DNA from: Oopsacas minuta | Lineage: Eukaryota; Animalia; Porifera | Direction of reading: 5' to 3' | DNA length: 48,057 nt | Assembly: GCA_024704765.1 (NCBI GenBank) | Contig: JAKMXF010000047.1 | Location: 19,163 to 67,219, forward strand | Part shown: one piece after another, positions 35,966-47,950 of the stretch | Position numbering within the stretch: position 1 is the stretch's first letter | Layout: each line of letters starts with the position of its first letter | Position numbers and translations under genes: made by a program | The notes under the pieces: model-generated | What the model was told of the DNA's origin: nothing | Databases searched by the model: none | The model's input: only the letters and a program-made list of their open reading frames with translations

Positions 35966-36740
35966 AACAATTTCAAAGTTAATTATTTCTATTCACGAAT
36001 AATTAAGTAACTTTATTATTGATTCATTATTTGGGAAGTATAAATTGATATATAATCCAAACAGGAACCTCAAGCCCACCATACACGATGGAACTGTTAC
36101 TTTCAAGTTTTGTCTCACGTTATCGTGAAATATAGCTTGCTACCTCTGTAACAATAGAGTGACAAATTTCCCCTCGATGAGCATTAACAACCTCTTTGGT
36201 GAAAACGATCTCCACTTGCTCACCTGTGAGTTCAGTGAATTTCTAACAGCTGTAAAAGGATGCTCTTTAGCGTGTCTTGAGTATTTTAGGAATTTGGTGA
36301 CTTTAGATATATCAGAATCAAGACCTGTTTGTATTTATATTAAATGTGTCACTGGATCGTAAGATATCCCAAGAAACGTGTCAAATTAGGAATTCAACCC
36401 TAAACTAATCCATTAATGTCTCGAATTATAACACTGTGCATTGAGATGTTATTTGATGTTTAATTGGTATCATATGTCAACAAAGTAGAGTTAAGTTAGT
36501 CATCGAGTTGGAACCAGTACAAGGCTCTCAGACAGAGTACATATACACTCTTCCAAATATCAAATTCTCTGGTGCTAATCTATAATATTAATCCTCAATT
36601 GTTGTCTGATGGTTTGTCCGTTGTCAAGGACAAACAAACAGAATGCAATTTTGAAACTGTGTATAATTCCCAGATAATGAATTAATAAAAGCATTACTAA
36701 ATAATTCGTGAATAGAAATAAATAACTTCGAAATTGTCAT
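35966..36740. mobile_element. ~780-bp segment bounded by ~80-bp inverted repeats, with a weak HIRAN-like relic on the minus strand
   Basis: 35966-36050 is the reverse complement of 36661-36740 (core TTATTTCTATTCACGAATAATT). The internal minus frame ends YGGLEVP. Confidence 0.5.
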
Positions 36741-37189
36741 TTCTCAAAGAACTGCTATACAAAATACTTCTCAAGGTGTCACTTACCTATGCAAGTGCAA
36801 AAGTTGCCGAACTACTGGTTGTCCATGTCGACAATCATCTTTAGATTGTCACTTAAGATGTCACAACGGGAGAAGTTGTTTCAACAAAACAAACTGAGAG
36901 AACACTATTAGTATTTCTAGATTATTTAATCTTAATGTATAAATACACTTACTAACAAACCACTTGAGTAAATCAAAAAGAATTCACACTAGGACCAAAA
37001 TCGCAGTTGGCCTGCAATCATATACACATTTGTATATCTGTAAGGAAATGATTGAAGAACGTATAAGAGCCACAGCTGAAATTTGGCTGGTAGGTGATTG
37101 GCGGTTGAAAATTAAATAGAATATGTGGATCACTTATACCTACCAGCTGACCAAAAATAACAATACAGTAAATCAATACAAACAAAATT

Positions 37190-37750
37190 ATTCAGGACGA
37201 AATGAAGTCATTCGATTAGCTAATTGGCGAATACGTTGTAAAAATGTTCCAACATTGATGCTCTGTTTAGACGTCAAATACAACCCATCTCGATTCCAGA
37301 AAAAGATTAATCAATTAAAGGACATTTTCATACGAAGTATAAGGAATTTGTAATGATAAAGTTGTCATGTTCTTAAGTTACAACATAAACCATGGATGAC
37401 ACCAGTTTCATCAATATCCAACTACAACTAGAAAACCTTTAATGTTAACTCCAAATCATCTTCCAATATATAGTGTATACACGACTTCCAATACCCTAAT
37501 AATACATTTTGATATGCAATCTCTAACGACTACGACACAATCATGGGATATTCCCAAATATATGGTCATATTAATCATAGCGTCATTACGGGAGGAGATA
37601 TCGTTTCAGGATGTATTATTGGGGTATGGGAAGTCGGGTAAACACTATACATTGGCAGATGATTTGGTAATTAACATCAAAAGTTTCCTAGTTATTGTGG
37701 ATTTTTGACAAAATGTGCCATCAATTGTCACGAAATAAACTGAGGATCGT
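37190..37750 (+). repeat. Unidentified coding-like relic, copy A
   Basis: Collinear with 43800-44400; shared peptide pattern FDM...EIS.Q.VL.GYGKSG..Y.LA. Confidence 0.55.
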
Positions 37751-38149
37751 GACAACTTTATTTAAACAATTGGTGTATTATTTCCATAATAACACCCTTC
37801 GATAATTAGCAGACAATTTTTATCATGTCAGATTTTGAGAATGAGTTAGCATTTGAAAATTATGACGTAATATTTAACTTCCAAAAATATATAAATTTAT
37901 TTCGTTTTATATAATTCATTACTATATACGATATTCTTATTAGTATCTTGTTTCAATAACAAACACTAGTAACTAGGCAACAAATTAGTTATTGTGGAAT
38001 TGTGACCTAATCTTGTATGAAACATAATTTTGTGATTCGGATATATTGTATAGGAATGTGATATTATTTCAACAACAAAATACATATATTTGTAAACCTA
38101 AACTATTGTATAACAAGTATTTCGTATAAATTATTGTCACACAAAGCTG

Positions 38150-39150
38150 TAAAGTGTCACTTAGACTTCATGAAGCAAATGAAATATTCCTGGATACTAA
38201 ACAGGGCCATCAAAATCAGGCGTCAATGTTAGATGATAAATGTGTGCATTATTATAAGTTGCGGTTGCGCTGCTTGCCAGTGTTGCTTCGCAGGTCAAAC
38301 TGATGTATCAGACCCTGTAGTTATACTAGCAGGCTTCTCGCTTAATTCCACGTTGCAAACAATCAAAGATACCACCGTGGGACTAGCTTCTGATGGAAAG
38401 GAGCTTACAGCTCATCCTTCCCTACCACGAGTTGGAATCACTCATGAACAAGCAAGTTTAATTGAAGTCCTTCTTATTGCACCCTTACACTCATACTTAA
38501 GTATACTTGATTAGTTCCTGAAAATATTTTATCAGATAGCAGAGAAGACGTAGCTGGGCTGATCATGTAAATATTAGGACAAGCTATGAACTGATTACAC
38601 AACTGATTAAAGAAGTCACGAATATTCAGGTTGACCAACCCGGAGGAAGTGGGAACTCTAGCACTGGTAATTCAGCTCGTCTGTTCATTTGTAGTGATCT
38701 CGCTTGTAAAACAGCGCTCTCCTTAATACCCCAAGAAGACGTTGTCATAAATTTTTGCATAGAAATATTTCTGCTCTACCACGTGTAACTAATTCCTCTC
38801 AGAACATCAATTTTAATAACCACAAGACAATATGCGATGAAATATATCTTTCTTTTAGATCATTACCCCTGGTTTCAATATCTCCCACAGTGCATAAATT
38901 TCTAGCACATACCTATCAATTTATAGAACTGGGTGATAATCGTAGGGTTAAGAAATTAATAGAAGAAGGTTTGGAATAGGCAGATAAGTAAATGTGCAGG
39001 TTTAGCAAATATCTATCGTAAAAATCAGATTTTGTCTCAGAAGTGAAAGAATTATTCGCCCAGAAATCTTAGTAGGAGAGCCAGTACTTAATGAGAAATT
39101 TCTTCAGTGTCACAACAGTAAGAAATGTGGAGAGTTTGAACATCAACGAG
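38150..39150 (+). pseudogene. RAG1-core/Transib-like transposase relic 2 (second D to C-terminus)
   Basis: ASMLDDK (D at 38232), CAACQCC, VGITHEQ, IAPLHSYLSILD, VDQPGGSGNSSTGNSARLF, ISPTVHKFLAH and LIEEGLE (catalytic E region). Confidence 0.8.
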
Positions 39151-39599
39151 GTTGCAATGCGAAATTGAACAGCGACAGTTCAGACATTGATTCTATTGAC
39201 AAACATTTGCTAGAAGTCACTGATAACATAGCCCAACAGAAATGAAGAACATTTCTGGTGCTTCAGAATTTCGCCCTATTTTAGAGTATACCTGATTTGC
39301 TGATTTCAATACTACCATTGGTTTTCCTCCATTTGCTCTATTTTTGAGCTTGAGGATATTTCCTTAAAGACTGATTCGCCTCTAATGTAGGCTTAATTTG
39401 GGATCTATAATACCCTAATTGAATCATGTTTCTTTAGTAAATCAGAATAATTTTGTGCCTGACTTAAGTCTTGAAATATTTCATCTTTCATTTATTCTTG
39501 CACTATATGCATGTATGCTTAATATTTTGGATATAATTGTTATCATATTATATTGATTTTCATTTCAAATACTAAGTAGTTATTGTTGTATTACATGGC

Positions 39600-40970
39600 T
39601 TCGTCATGAAGAAGTTGTTTGAATAACCCAAATGTATTCTGCTATATTTGTTGTGGTGGCTACACTATGAGAGAACAGCGAAAACCTATTTCTGACTTTG
39701 TTAAGAAGGCATATCTTGCTTATTTTGGAGTCAGGCTTGGAGACCAACATAAACTCTGGGTCCCAGAATACAGGCCAAATGAATGGCGCCTTTTTGATCG
39801 ACAGTTCTACTAGGAGTTTGAAGTGTGTTTTGCTCCATAATGGGAACAAATATGCTTCTATTCCAATTGGTCACTCAACCAGTATGAAGGAGGAGTATGA
39901 GTCAATCAAACTGGCTTTGGAGAAACTGAAATATCATGTTCATCAATGGGTAATTTGTGTTGACTTAAAGATGGTTAATTTTCTCCTTGGCCAGCAAAGT
40001 GACTACACAAAATATCCATGCTCCCTTTGTCTTTGGGATAGCGGAGCAAGAAATGACCACTGGACGAGAAAAGATTGGCCCTTGAGAAAGAATATGGTAG
40101 TGGGAGAAATGAACATCATTAACAAACCTATGATTACAAACAGGGGAAAAATCATTCTTCCACCACTGCATATCAAACTGGGCTTTATGAAACAATTCGT
40201 CAAAGCTCTAAATGAAGATGATTCCTGCTTCCATTATCTATTCAGTTCATTTCCTGAACTTAGCATCGAAAAGTTCAAAGCTGGAATTTTTGATGGCCCC
40301 CAAGATCAGAAAGCTCACTAAAGACACATGTTTTATTAGTTCCATGAATGACCCTGATTCTGAAGCTTGGTCCGCATTTGTATTTGTTACACAAATTTTT
40401 TGGGCAACTACAAAGAAAATTCCGCTGAATTAGTAGGCAACATGCTCTCGAAATTCAATAATCTTGGCTGTAAGATGAGCATCAAGGTTCATTACCTCCA
40501 TAACCATTTAGATCATTCCCCGGAAAACCTTGGTGACCTAAGTGAAGAACTAGGAGAAAGGTTCCATCAAGACATCAGGGTAATGGAAGAGAGATACCAA
40601 GGAAGGTGGGATATTCACATGATGGGAGATTACTGCTGGAGTCTTCAGCGAGATTGTCCAGGCAAATCTCACTCAACGGTGTCCCGGGGAAGACGCTTTT
40701 TAGACGTTGATTGATTGTTTCTACTGTTTATGGAATTTTCTGTATACATTTTTACTCTTGTGATAACGTTTATGCTAAAGGCAAAACATTCTCAACATGT
40801 ATATTCGTATATGTATATATTATACTAATTAATTAGTTTAAGTCAATCGCCGATATATTTCAAAAACAAGAGCTGATTGATAAAAACTGAGGGCATTTTT
40901 CGAATCTACGGACAAAATATAACTAAAAACAAGTCAAACTTCCAAGGCACCAAATACATGTTGACCAATG
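39600..40970 (+). mobile_element. Chapaev3-like transposon, internally deleted and frameshifted
   Basis: NNPNVFCYIC, GDQHK, IDSSTRSLKCVLLHNGN, LPPLHIKLGFMKQFVKAL, SEELGERFHQDI and MGDYCWSL. Right end ...GTTGACCAATG at 40970. Left end not located. Confidence 0.8.
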
Positions 40971-41608
40971 TAGTGTTTAAACAAATGTAGTAGCATTATA
41001 ATATGTTAGATAGCCTTTTGGGAGTTATGTGAATAATAGTTAAGTTAAACACTATATGATCATAGTAGCTTGCTATACCATAGTAATCCAAAGTATTGAA
41101 TGGAATGTTGACATCATTTCGGTTTCGCTGTACTTGGCTGAACAAATATTTATAGAATAGTTTATTTGATACTGTTTGATGCTGAAATTTCTTGAATAGT
41201 GCGAGAAATTGCGAGAAACTTTTGTTCACAATAAAATATGTTCGCAATAATTATATTATATACCCTATAAAAATGCTGTATCATTACAAGGTTTAAATAG
41301 AGAAAATTCATAACAATAGGGTTTGAGCTGTAAGAGTAACATTAGAACTACACTAGTATAAGATTGGCAGTATTTTGAAGGTTGAAAGTATATTTATAGG
41401 AATTTAGGTTTGGGGAATAAAAATATTATCTCAAAAGGCGAAAGAAATTAACATAATTTGCTGTGACTTTGAGATAGTACAAAACTCATGTAAGTTAATT
41501 CAGATAAAGAACAATCGTAGTTTTGGATACACTTACATACTTCTGATCATTCTCAATATATATACTTTGACAAGATGTAAATATGAAAATTTCCATTACT
41601 GGAAGCGA

Positions 41609-41621
41609 ATAACCCACTGTG
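41609..41621 (-). repeat. Second copy of the heptamer-bearing terminus
   Basis: ATAACCCACTGTG, identical to 31737-31749; downstream of relic 2 once the Chapaev insert is removed. Confidence 0.6.
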
Positions 41622-41723
41622 ATACAGTAATAGAAAATTTGGCGATGATTATAGTATAAACTCCCTTAGAAAGAGCGTGCGTAGCTTGCTTAAAACATGT
41701 ATAGTTACTCGAAGTGAAATTTA

Positions 41724-43060
41724 CAGGGGCATTCAATATATACTAATCACTGTATATTTTTAATGAAATAGCAGTTCTAAGCTAGTATTTCTCAGTGCAA
41801 TTATATAGAACCATATTTCAACTTTCTAACAAAACTTAGAGAGAGTTGATCACTTAATTATTTCCTAAGTTTCAGTTATTTTTAGAAACCTACATTTTCT
41901 CCTTTACATTTTTCATGGCTTCTTGTCCAAATTTTTCGGAACTTGAACAACGAACGTACATCAAATTTCGCACCATTCTCGAAATCCCTCCAAAGTCTAT
42001 TCATGAGGATTTGGCAACGATATGTGGAGAAAATACTTTATCGTATTCAACTGTCAGAAGGTGGGTGAGCCAATTTAGGGAAGGTAGGACCTCTGTCCAA
42101 GACGCCCCTCGTCCTGGAGCACCAAAACTGGCGACCAACAATGACAAATTGAGTGAAGTAAAGGAATATGTCAAGTCTTTTCCGCATTCTTCGGTTGAGG
42201 AGGTAGCTAACTATGTTGGCATTTCAACGGGAAGTGCACACACAATTCTGAAGGCGGATTTAGAACTGAGGAAGGTCCAAGTGCGATGGGTACCACATTG
42301 CTTAACTTTTCCACAAACGGCCACGAGACTCCAAATGGCTAAGGAAAACCTTGAAATTTATGAAGGAAGTGACCCTAGGCGGTTATTAGAGTTAGTAACA
42401 GGAGATGAAACATGGATACAATTCAAACCACCGATCAGAAAGCAAGATGGCAGGGTATGGCTAAAGAAGGGAGAGGTACCCCCAGCTGTTGGTGTATCCG
42501 ACTTCCGTGCCCCGAAGGTCTTGTACTGCATATTTTTCGATGGCCTAGGTACTGTAGCCCAAATCCCTGTTCCCAAAGGTCAGACACTCACAGGACAATT
42601 TTACGCAGATGTGGTGTTGCCTGAGGTCGAAAAACATTATCTTAAGCATCGTCCAAAGACTGGAACTCGTGGTCTCAAAATTTTGCACGATAATGCTAGA
42701 CCGCATAAATCTTTGGCTGTAAGGCAAAAAATTAAAGATATGGGTATGCACGAAGTTCCACATCCACCTTACTCCCCTGATATAGCCCCATGTGACTTCT
42801 GGCTGTTTAGAAAACTCAAAGATAACCTCTCCGGACGCGAATTTGAGGATCGGCTCAGCCTCGGTCGGGCAATTTACAGATACCTTGAAGTCATTCCCAA
42901 GGATGAGTACAGAAAGACATTTGAAAATTGGATTAAAAGGCTAAATTCAGTTGTAGCGTATAAAGGATTCTACTTTGAACATTCATAGCAAAAATTACCA
43001 ACTTTACACAAGTATCTATAGTTTTTAGATGGTATGATTAGTATTTATTGAATGCCCCTG
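41724..43060 (+). mobile_element. Full-length mariner (DD34D), 1337 bp
   Basis: 27-bp TIRs (25/27 match) flanked by TA on both sides, enclosing an intact transposase ORF. Confidence 0.95.
41915..42988 (+). CDS. Mariner transposase, 357 aa, uninterrupted
   Basis: WVPHCL, TGDETW, HDNARPH-(34 residues)-YSPDIAPCDF; bipartite HTH N-terminus. Confidence 0.95.
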   Translation: MASCPNFSELEQRTYIKFRTILEIPPKSIHEDLATICGENTLSYSTVRRWVSQFREGRTSVQDAPRPGAPKLATNNDKLSEVKEYVKSFPHSSVEEVANYVGISTGSAHTILKADLELRKVQVRWVPHCLTFPQTATRLQMAKENLEIYEGSDPRRLLELVTGDETWIQFKPPIRKQDGRVWLKKGEVPPAVGVSDFRAPKVLYCIFFDGLGTVAQIPVPKGQTLTGQFYADVVLPEVEKHYLKHRPKTGTRGLKILHDNARPHKSLAVRQKIKDMGMHEVPHPPYSPDIAPCDFWLFRKLKDNLSGREFEDRLSLGRAIYRYLEVIPKDEYRKTFENWIKRLNSVVAYKGFYFEHS

Positions 43061-43799
43061 TACCAATTTTGGATAAATATAACACACGAAAATTTTCTAA
43101 AAATCAAATTATCACTTTGTGGGATTACATTTCGACGAGTTGAAATATAATTAATTAGATAATTAGCTAATTAAATATTGGAGATCGATATCACCAAAAT
43201 ATTGGTATTAAGTGAAATCTGACTTCGGTGCTCCATAATTTCACTTGATGAATTGTTATTTTATATTAATAAATGTATATTTAGTTTCAGGAGTTGTCTG
43301 CCTTTCGTACTCCAGTAGATTACGCTTAATAGGGTCACAAAAGCAACAGGTCATTTTCACTCGATTAAGCGGATTAAACTTGTTAGCCGAGTTAACGGAG
43401 ATATTGGACATCGTATTATACTGTTTATGGCCAAGTGACTCTAATAACCTTGAGGAAGCATATTCTGGACCAAAATAATAACGGAACAATTGGACTGTGC
43501 CCCAGGGCCCTTCAAAAATTTATGGCCTTCGAAAATTTATAGAATGTGATGAATCCATAGAAGATAAATTTCATTATTATTAAACTTGCTCAGGGATGTG
43601 ATATAGAGTGGTAACATGGACATAGAATTCGATCCTTTATCAATATGGAGTCCTATTGAACATACGAAATATGGCTAAGACAAAGTGGATAAATTTTGAT
43701 GGGTAATTGCATATTGTTGATAATATGAAAATGACATATTGTCACCCGAATAAATGTGTTATTGATGCCCAAGAATTCACAAAAGCGACATTTGTGTAG

Positions 43800-44400
43800 A
43801 TTTACAGATCGCAGTTACGTCAGATGTTAGCATAATTGGCAAATAAGTTACAAAAATGTTCCATCTTTGAAACCATGAAGAACGAAAATAATTTGTATCT
43901 ATCTTCAAAATAATATATACCAAATGATCTCAAATAGTTTCTGTACAAAATATAAAAACTTTGTAATGGTAAAGTTCCAACATTTCTGAGTTATCGCACA
44001 GACCATGGAAGTGCACGTACTTTGTTAATATCCTCAAATACTCGATAATCGCAGGAATTATAGTAAAATCAGGATAGCTATAGTACATACCCAACTCCTC
44101 ATACCCCTGTGATATATTTTGATATGATACTCCTAAAGATTATTGTCGAATCTCTAAAATGCCCATAAATGAGCATATTCATGATCACGTCACATTGGCA
44201 AGAGATATCATGTCAAAATGTATTATAAGGATATGGGAAGTCAGGTATAGAATATATATTAGCCGTGCTGTTTTTACCATAATTGTAAGGATTATCGAGT
44301 TTTAAGTGAATATTAACAGAACAAACGACATCCAAGGTCTGTGTGATAACTCTGAAACACGCCCACTTTATCATGACAAAAATCATTATTTCGAGGATAT
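43800..44400 (+). repeat. Unidentified coding-like relic, copy B
   Basis: Collinear with 37190-37750, e.g. GTATTATAAGGATATGGGAAGTCAGGTA vs GTATTATTGGGGTATGGGAAGTCGGGTA. Confidence 0.55.
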
Positions 44401-45084
44401 CTGTAGACACGGCTCTCGAGTATAGATCATTAAATATTTGAACATTTTAGCCAAGGATCAATATTTATTGCTCTACACCAAAGATACTTCAATTTAGCTA
44501 AATTTCACGGATTTATAGTTGACGACTTGTATGGCTATATTTTTGTAATATTTGAATTCGCGCAAAAAAATTTTTTTTTTCTGCGTGTTAGGGTATACTG
44601 GGAGTAGGCAGGGTAAAGGCATTAACAGCTAATTTTGAGTAGGCAAATCAACTCATTTTTTAGCAGGGTTGTCGTGGGAGTGAAATATTGATTTCCATTC
44701 CCTCAGGATCCTCTGTGGGAAATACAATGGGATTCCTCCATATTCAAATTTCATTCACCAACTCATGTATATAAAACGAATTATCGGGAGTATTTTTTTC
44801 ACGTTGATTGTTTTCATTTACTATTATAGGGGTCACATAAACATGTTAGAAAAAAGAATTCAGGAACAACACAGGAACGTGCTCATTCTTTGCCTCTGAA
44901 ATTAATGTTTCAAAATTTGATGCCAGGGACATGTAGATGACGTCTAAAGAAATACTTCTTTTTTCAGCGTGTCTCAATTCGACTAAATGTCGACCATAAG
45001 CTACCGGACTAGCGCATTAAAGCTTGCTGACGGCATTATATGATTATAAAGTAATTTTATCACGTTTTTCAACCCATTGTAGCC

Positions 45085-45330
45085 GTTAAGAGCAAGTCCC
45101 TAAGTATATTATAACATTTAGACTATTTGTTACCTATATTATCATAAAAACAGCATGATGTAAAATACATATGAGAAACTTGAAAACATTCGGATAAGGC
45201 GTACTTGATTACCCATATATTTCTGTTAAGAGCAAGTCTCTAAGAATATATCGTGATTTAACAATTTGTTTACTTGATATTCATCATACCAACAAATAAA
45301 TATAACTATGAGAAACTCGAAAGTGTGAAA
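45085..45330 (+). repeat. ~140-bp imperfect tandem duplication, with a third copy at ~46270-46385
   Basis: GTTAAGAGCAAGTC at 45085 and 45225; GTTAAGTGCAAGTC at 46327. Confidence 0.7.
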
Positions 45331-47779
45331 ATCGCAATCAACCTACTCAATTAACCCAATTTATACTGTTTATTTTCCTATATAGCAAACCAAAGGATAG
45401 GTTATTCCCTATATAATATACGCAGATCATCTTCCATTATGACTATAGTAAAAGTGGACAAACAAACAAACACAATTATTGTATTGTATAGCATAGATTG
45501 TTAAAAAGGTCCAGCCGACAGACTGGGAGTGCAGCTCAGGGTTATGTGAGTTTTCTTTTCATGGAGGACGCCCCGCCTGACCCCCCCGTGTAGATACCGC
45601 AATTCACCAGAGCTGACTGATTGGGGGACCTGGCTGGATCTGAAAAATAAGTGAAAATATGATTATCATATGGATAATCACCGACTGAGAAAAATTTGTA
45701 TCCACATACTTGATAACACCTCACTAACAACCAAAACAAAATCTTAGGCATGATTTGAAATATTTCAAAAAGGTGTGTAAAATGATTAATCATATGTAAC
45801 ACTACATAGAAATAGCATAGAAATCAACATACTCGATTACCCCTTCTAGCAGTTAAAACGAAATTTCTAGCATGATTTTGAAAAATATGGAAAAAGTGTG
45901 GAATTTTCACTTTAGAAAAATTCATACCCGAAGTGCAAATCTCCGACGCGAAATGTGCATGTATGACTATTTTATGTAAATCTGACTGTCAAATTTCGCA
46001 AGGTAGAACCGACAAAGGGACGTAAGGACGCATCTCACTATTGGAGCTGCATTACAAATTTATCCTACGATCCGCTTCGCTTGCTCACGCTGCGGGCTTG
46101 CGAACACTATGTGTTCGCATAGAACTTTACACTTCGTGCCTCGAATATAATAAGAACAACAATCATGGCCATATGGTACATTGAGTGTGAAATTTAGAAG
46201 CAGTGTATATTACAAAAAGCATAACCGTGGAATCCAAGTTTCTCGAACTATATCTAAAAACAACAATAAATTTACAAATGAGAAACTTGAGCAAGGTTCA
46301 GCGTACTTAATTATCCCTATCTGTCTGTTAAGTGCAAGTCTCTGTATATTTGAGATTTTAGCAATTTGTTTACTTAAAAATATACACAGCTAATCTAGTT
46401 AATTATCAATTTTGGGATACATGGTGCAGAAATAAATTTCTATAAAATTATACCAAGTGTCAGCAGCTTCCAAAATCTAAAGAATCGCAAAATTTACTTT
46501 TGATTGGTTAATTTTATTATAATGGGTATTATAGAGCTACATGATACTGAATATAATAAGCGATAGAAAATAGAATACATAATACAAATATATGGTGGGG
46601 TATATGGTAAGGGTGGGAAATGTGTCCGAAACATTCCGCCGAAATACAAAGTCAACTTTGCCAGAAAAAGAAAATGCTTTCCAGTGACAAAAATTTTAGA
46701 AAGGATGTACACTAATGCATACTAGGTATAAATGGAATCAAATCTGACGTTGCACGAACTACCCTTCGTAGTAAAAATTTCGAGTAGTGTACATCGATAT
46801 CTGGAAGTACGGCTCAAAATGATATAATATTCGACAAATAAGGTAATAATAACAATAATGACAAATATACTATAGATGCTGCAATATGATGAAGTTGGCA
46901 CGTTAACGTTATATTAGCTACCATGAATGGCACATATTTGGTCAAATCCCCTCGTAACTCGATAGTCGCCCGAGGTATTACCATATCAGTCCAGCCAAAT
47001 AAATAATATTCTTATATATAGGCAATTAGCATTGCCAGTGGGTTAAATGGAGGCAATGCTAGTCATCCATGTCCTTACTGCACCTATAATGTATAGACTA
47101 TCAATCATTTAATTAGATGAAACTGATATACCTTAGAGTGCAATATTCTTAAATATGTTTTAACTGTCAATATGATAATTAATTAAATATTATCTTAATC
47201 CGCTTACTATTTCGAGTGTTGCTGCTTACTTATGTTACATTCCACATTATCACACACATATAAAACCGTATTTTTCACGAATTTTTCCAGCATATACAGG
47301 AAGTAGTTTGCTAAGGGCACCCAAAAATAATGCTCTACAAATAAATAACATAAAAGTAGCAAGGAAATGAATGTATCGAAACAGAAAATGGTGGAAACTC
47401 GTAGTGTATCATATATATGTATAATATTTAGGGATTGAGTTATGTATGCATGCACAAATCAAGAATATAACACACCTTCTAATACATATATATGAGTATT
47501 CCTACAGTATTAAGATTGCATGTAAGGTATCTGTTGTGGCTACAATACTTAATCACTCATATTAAAATAACTATGTTAAATCTTGCATAAAGCACATATT
47601 ATATATTATAGGGTAAAACTCAATTCAAATTTAATAGACTTGAAGTAATCAATGGTCCAGGAAATTCTGTCCGTGATCAGGCTATACATTCGGAGGCTGT
47701 GGTATTAATATATAGTAAATTACCTTATGGGAATTGTTTGGTCATTTTGTTCGTCAATGTAAAGATGCTGTCCTACATT

Positions 47780-47950
47780 TCTTCTATTTTCGTCTCCATT
47801 TTATATTTTTCTAGTCTGTCGTTCGCAGCGTTCCGTTCTATCTCTGCTTTTGCTTCTGACTCTTCTTCTAATTTCTCCGTCAAAAGGTTTACCTTGTTAG
47901 ACAAATCTGTTGCAATCCTGTCCAATTTTTTATCGCCACTTTTAGAATTC
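47780..47950 (-). pseudogene. Coiled-coil coding fragment of unknown origin
   Basis: The minus frame reads KKLDRIATDLSNKVNLLTEKLEEESEAKAEIERNAANDRLEKYKMETKIEEM*. Confidence 0.3.

Noticed and set aside
38885-38892. CACAGTG inside relic 2
   Set aside because: It lies within the coding motif PTVH, so it is coincidental and not a terminus.
39150-41608. RAG2-like kelch gene convergent with relic 2 (ProtoRAG layout)
   Set aside because: The interval is mostly Chapaev. The residual minus ORF 40996-41247 shows no kelch GG-Y/W pattern.
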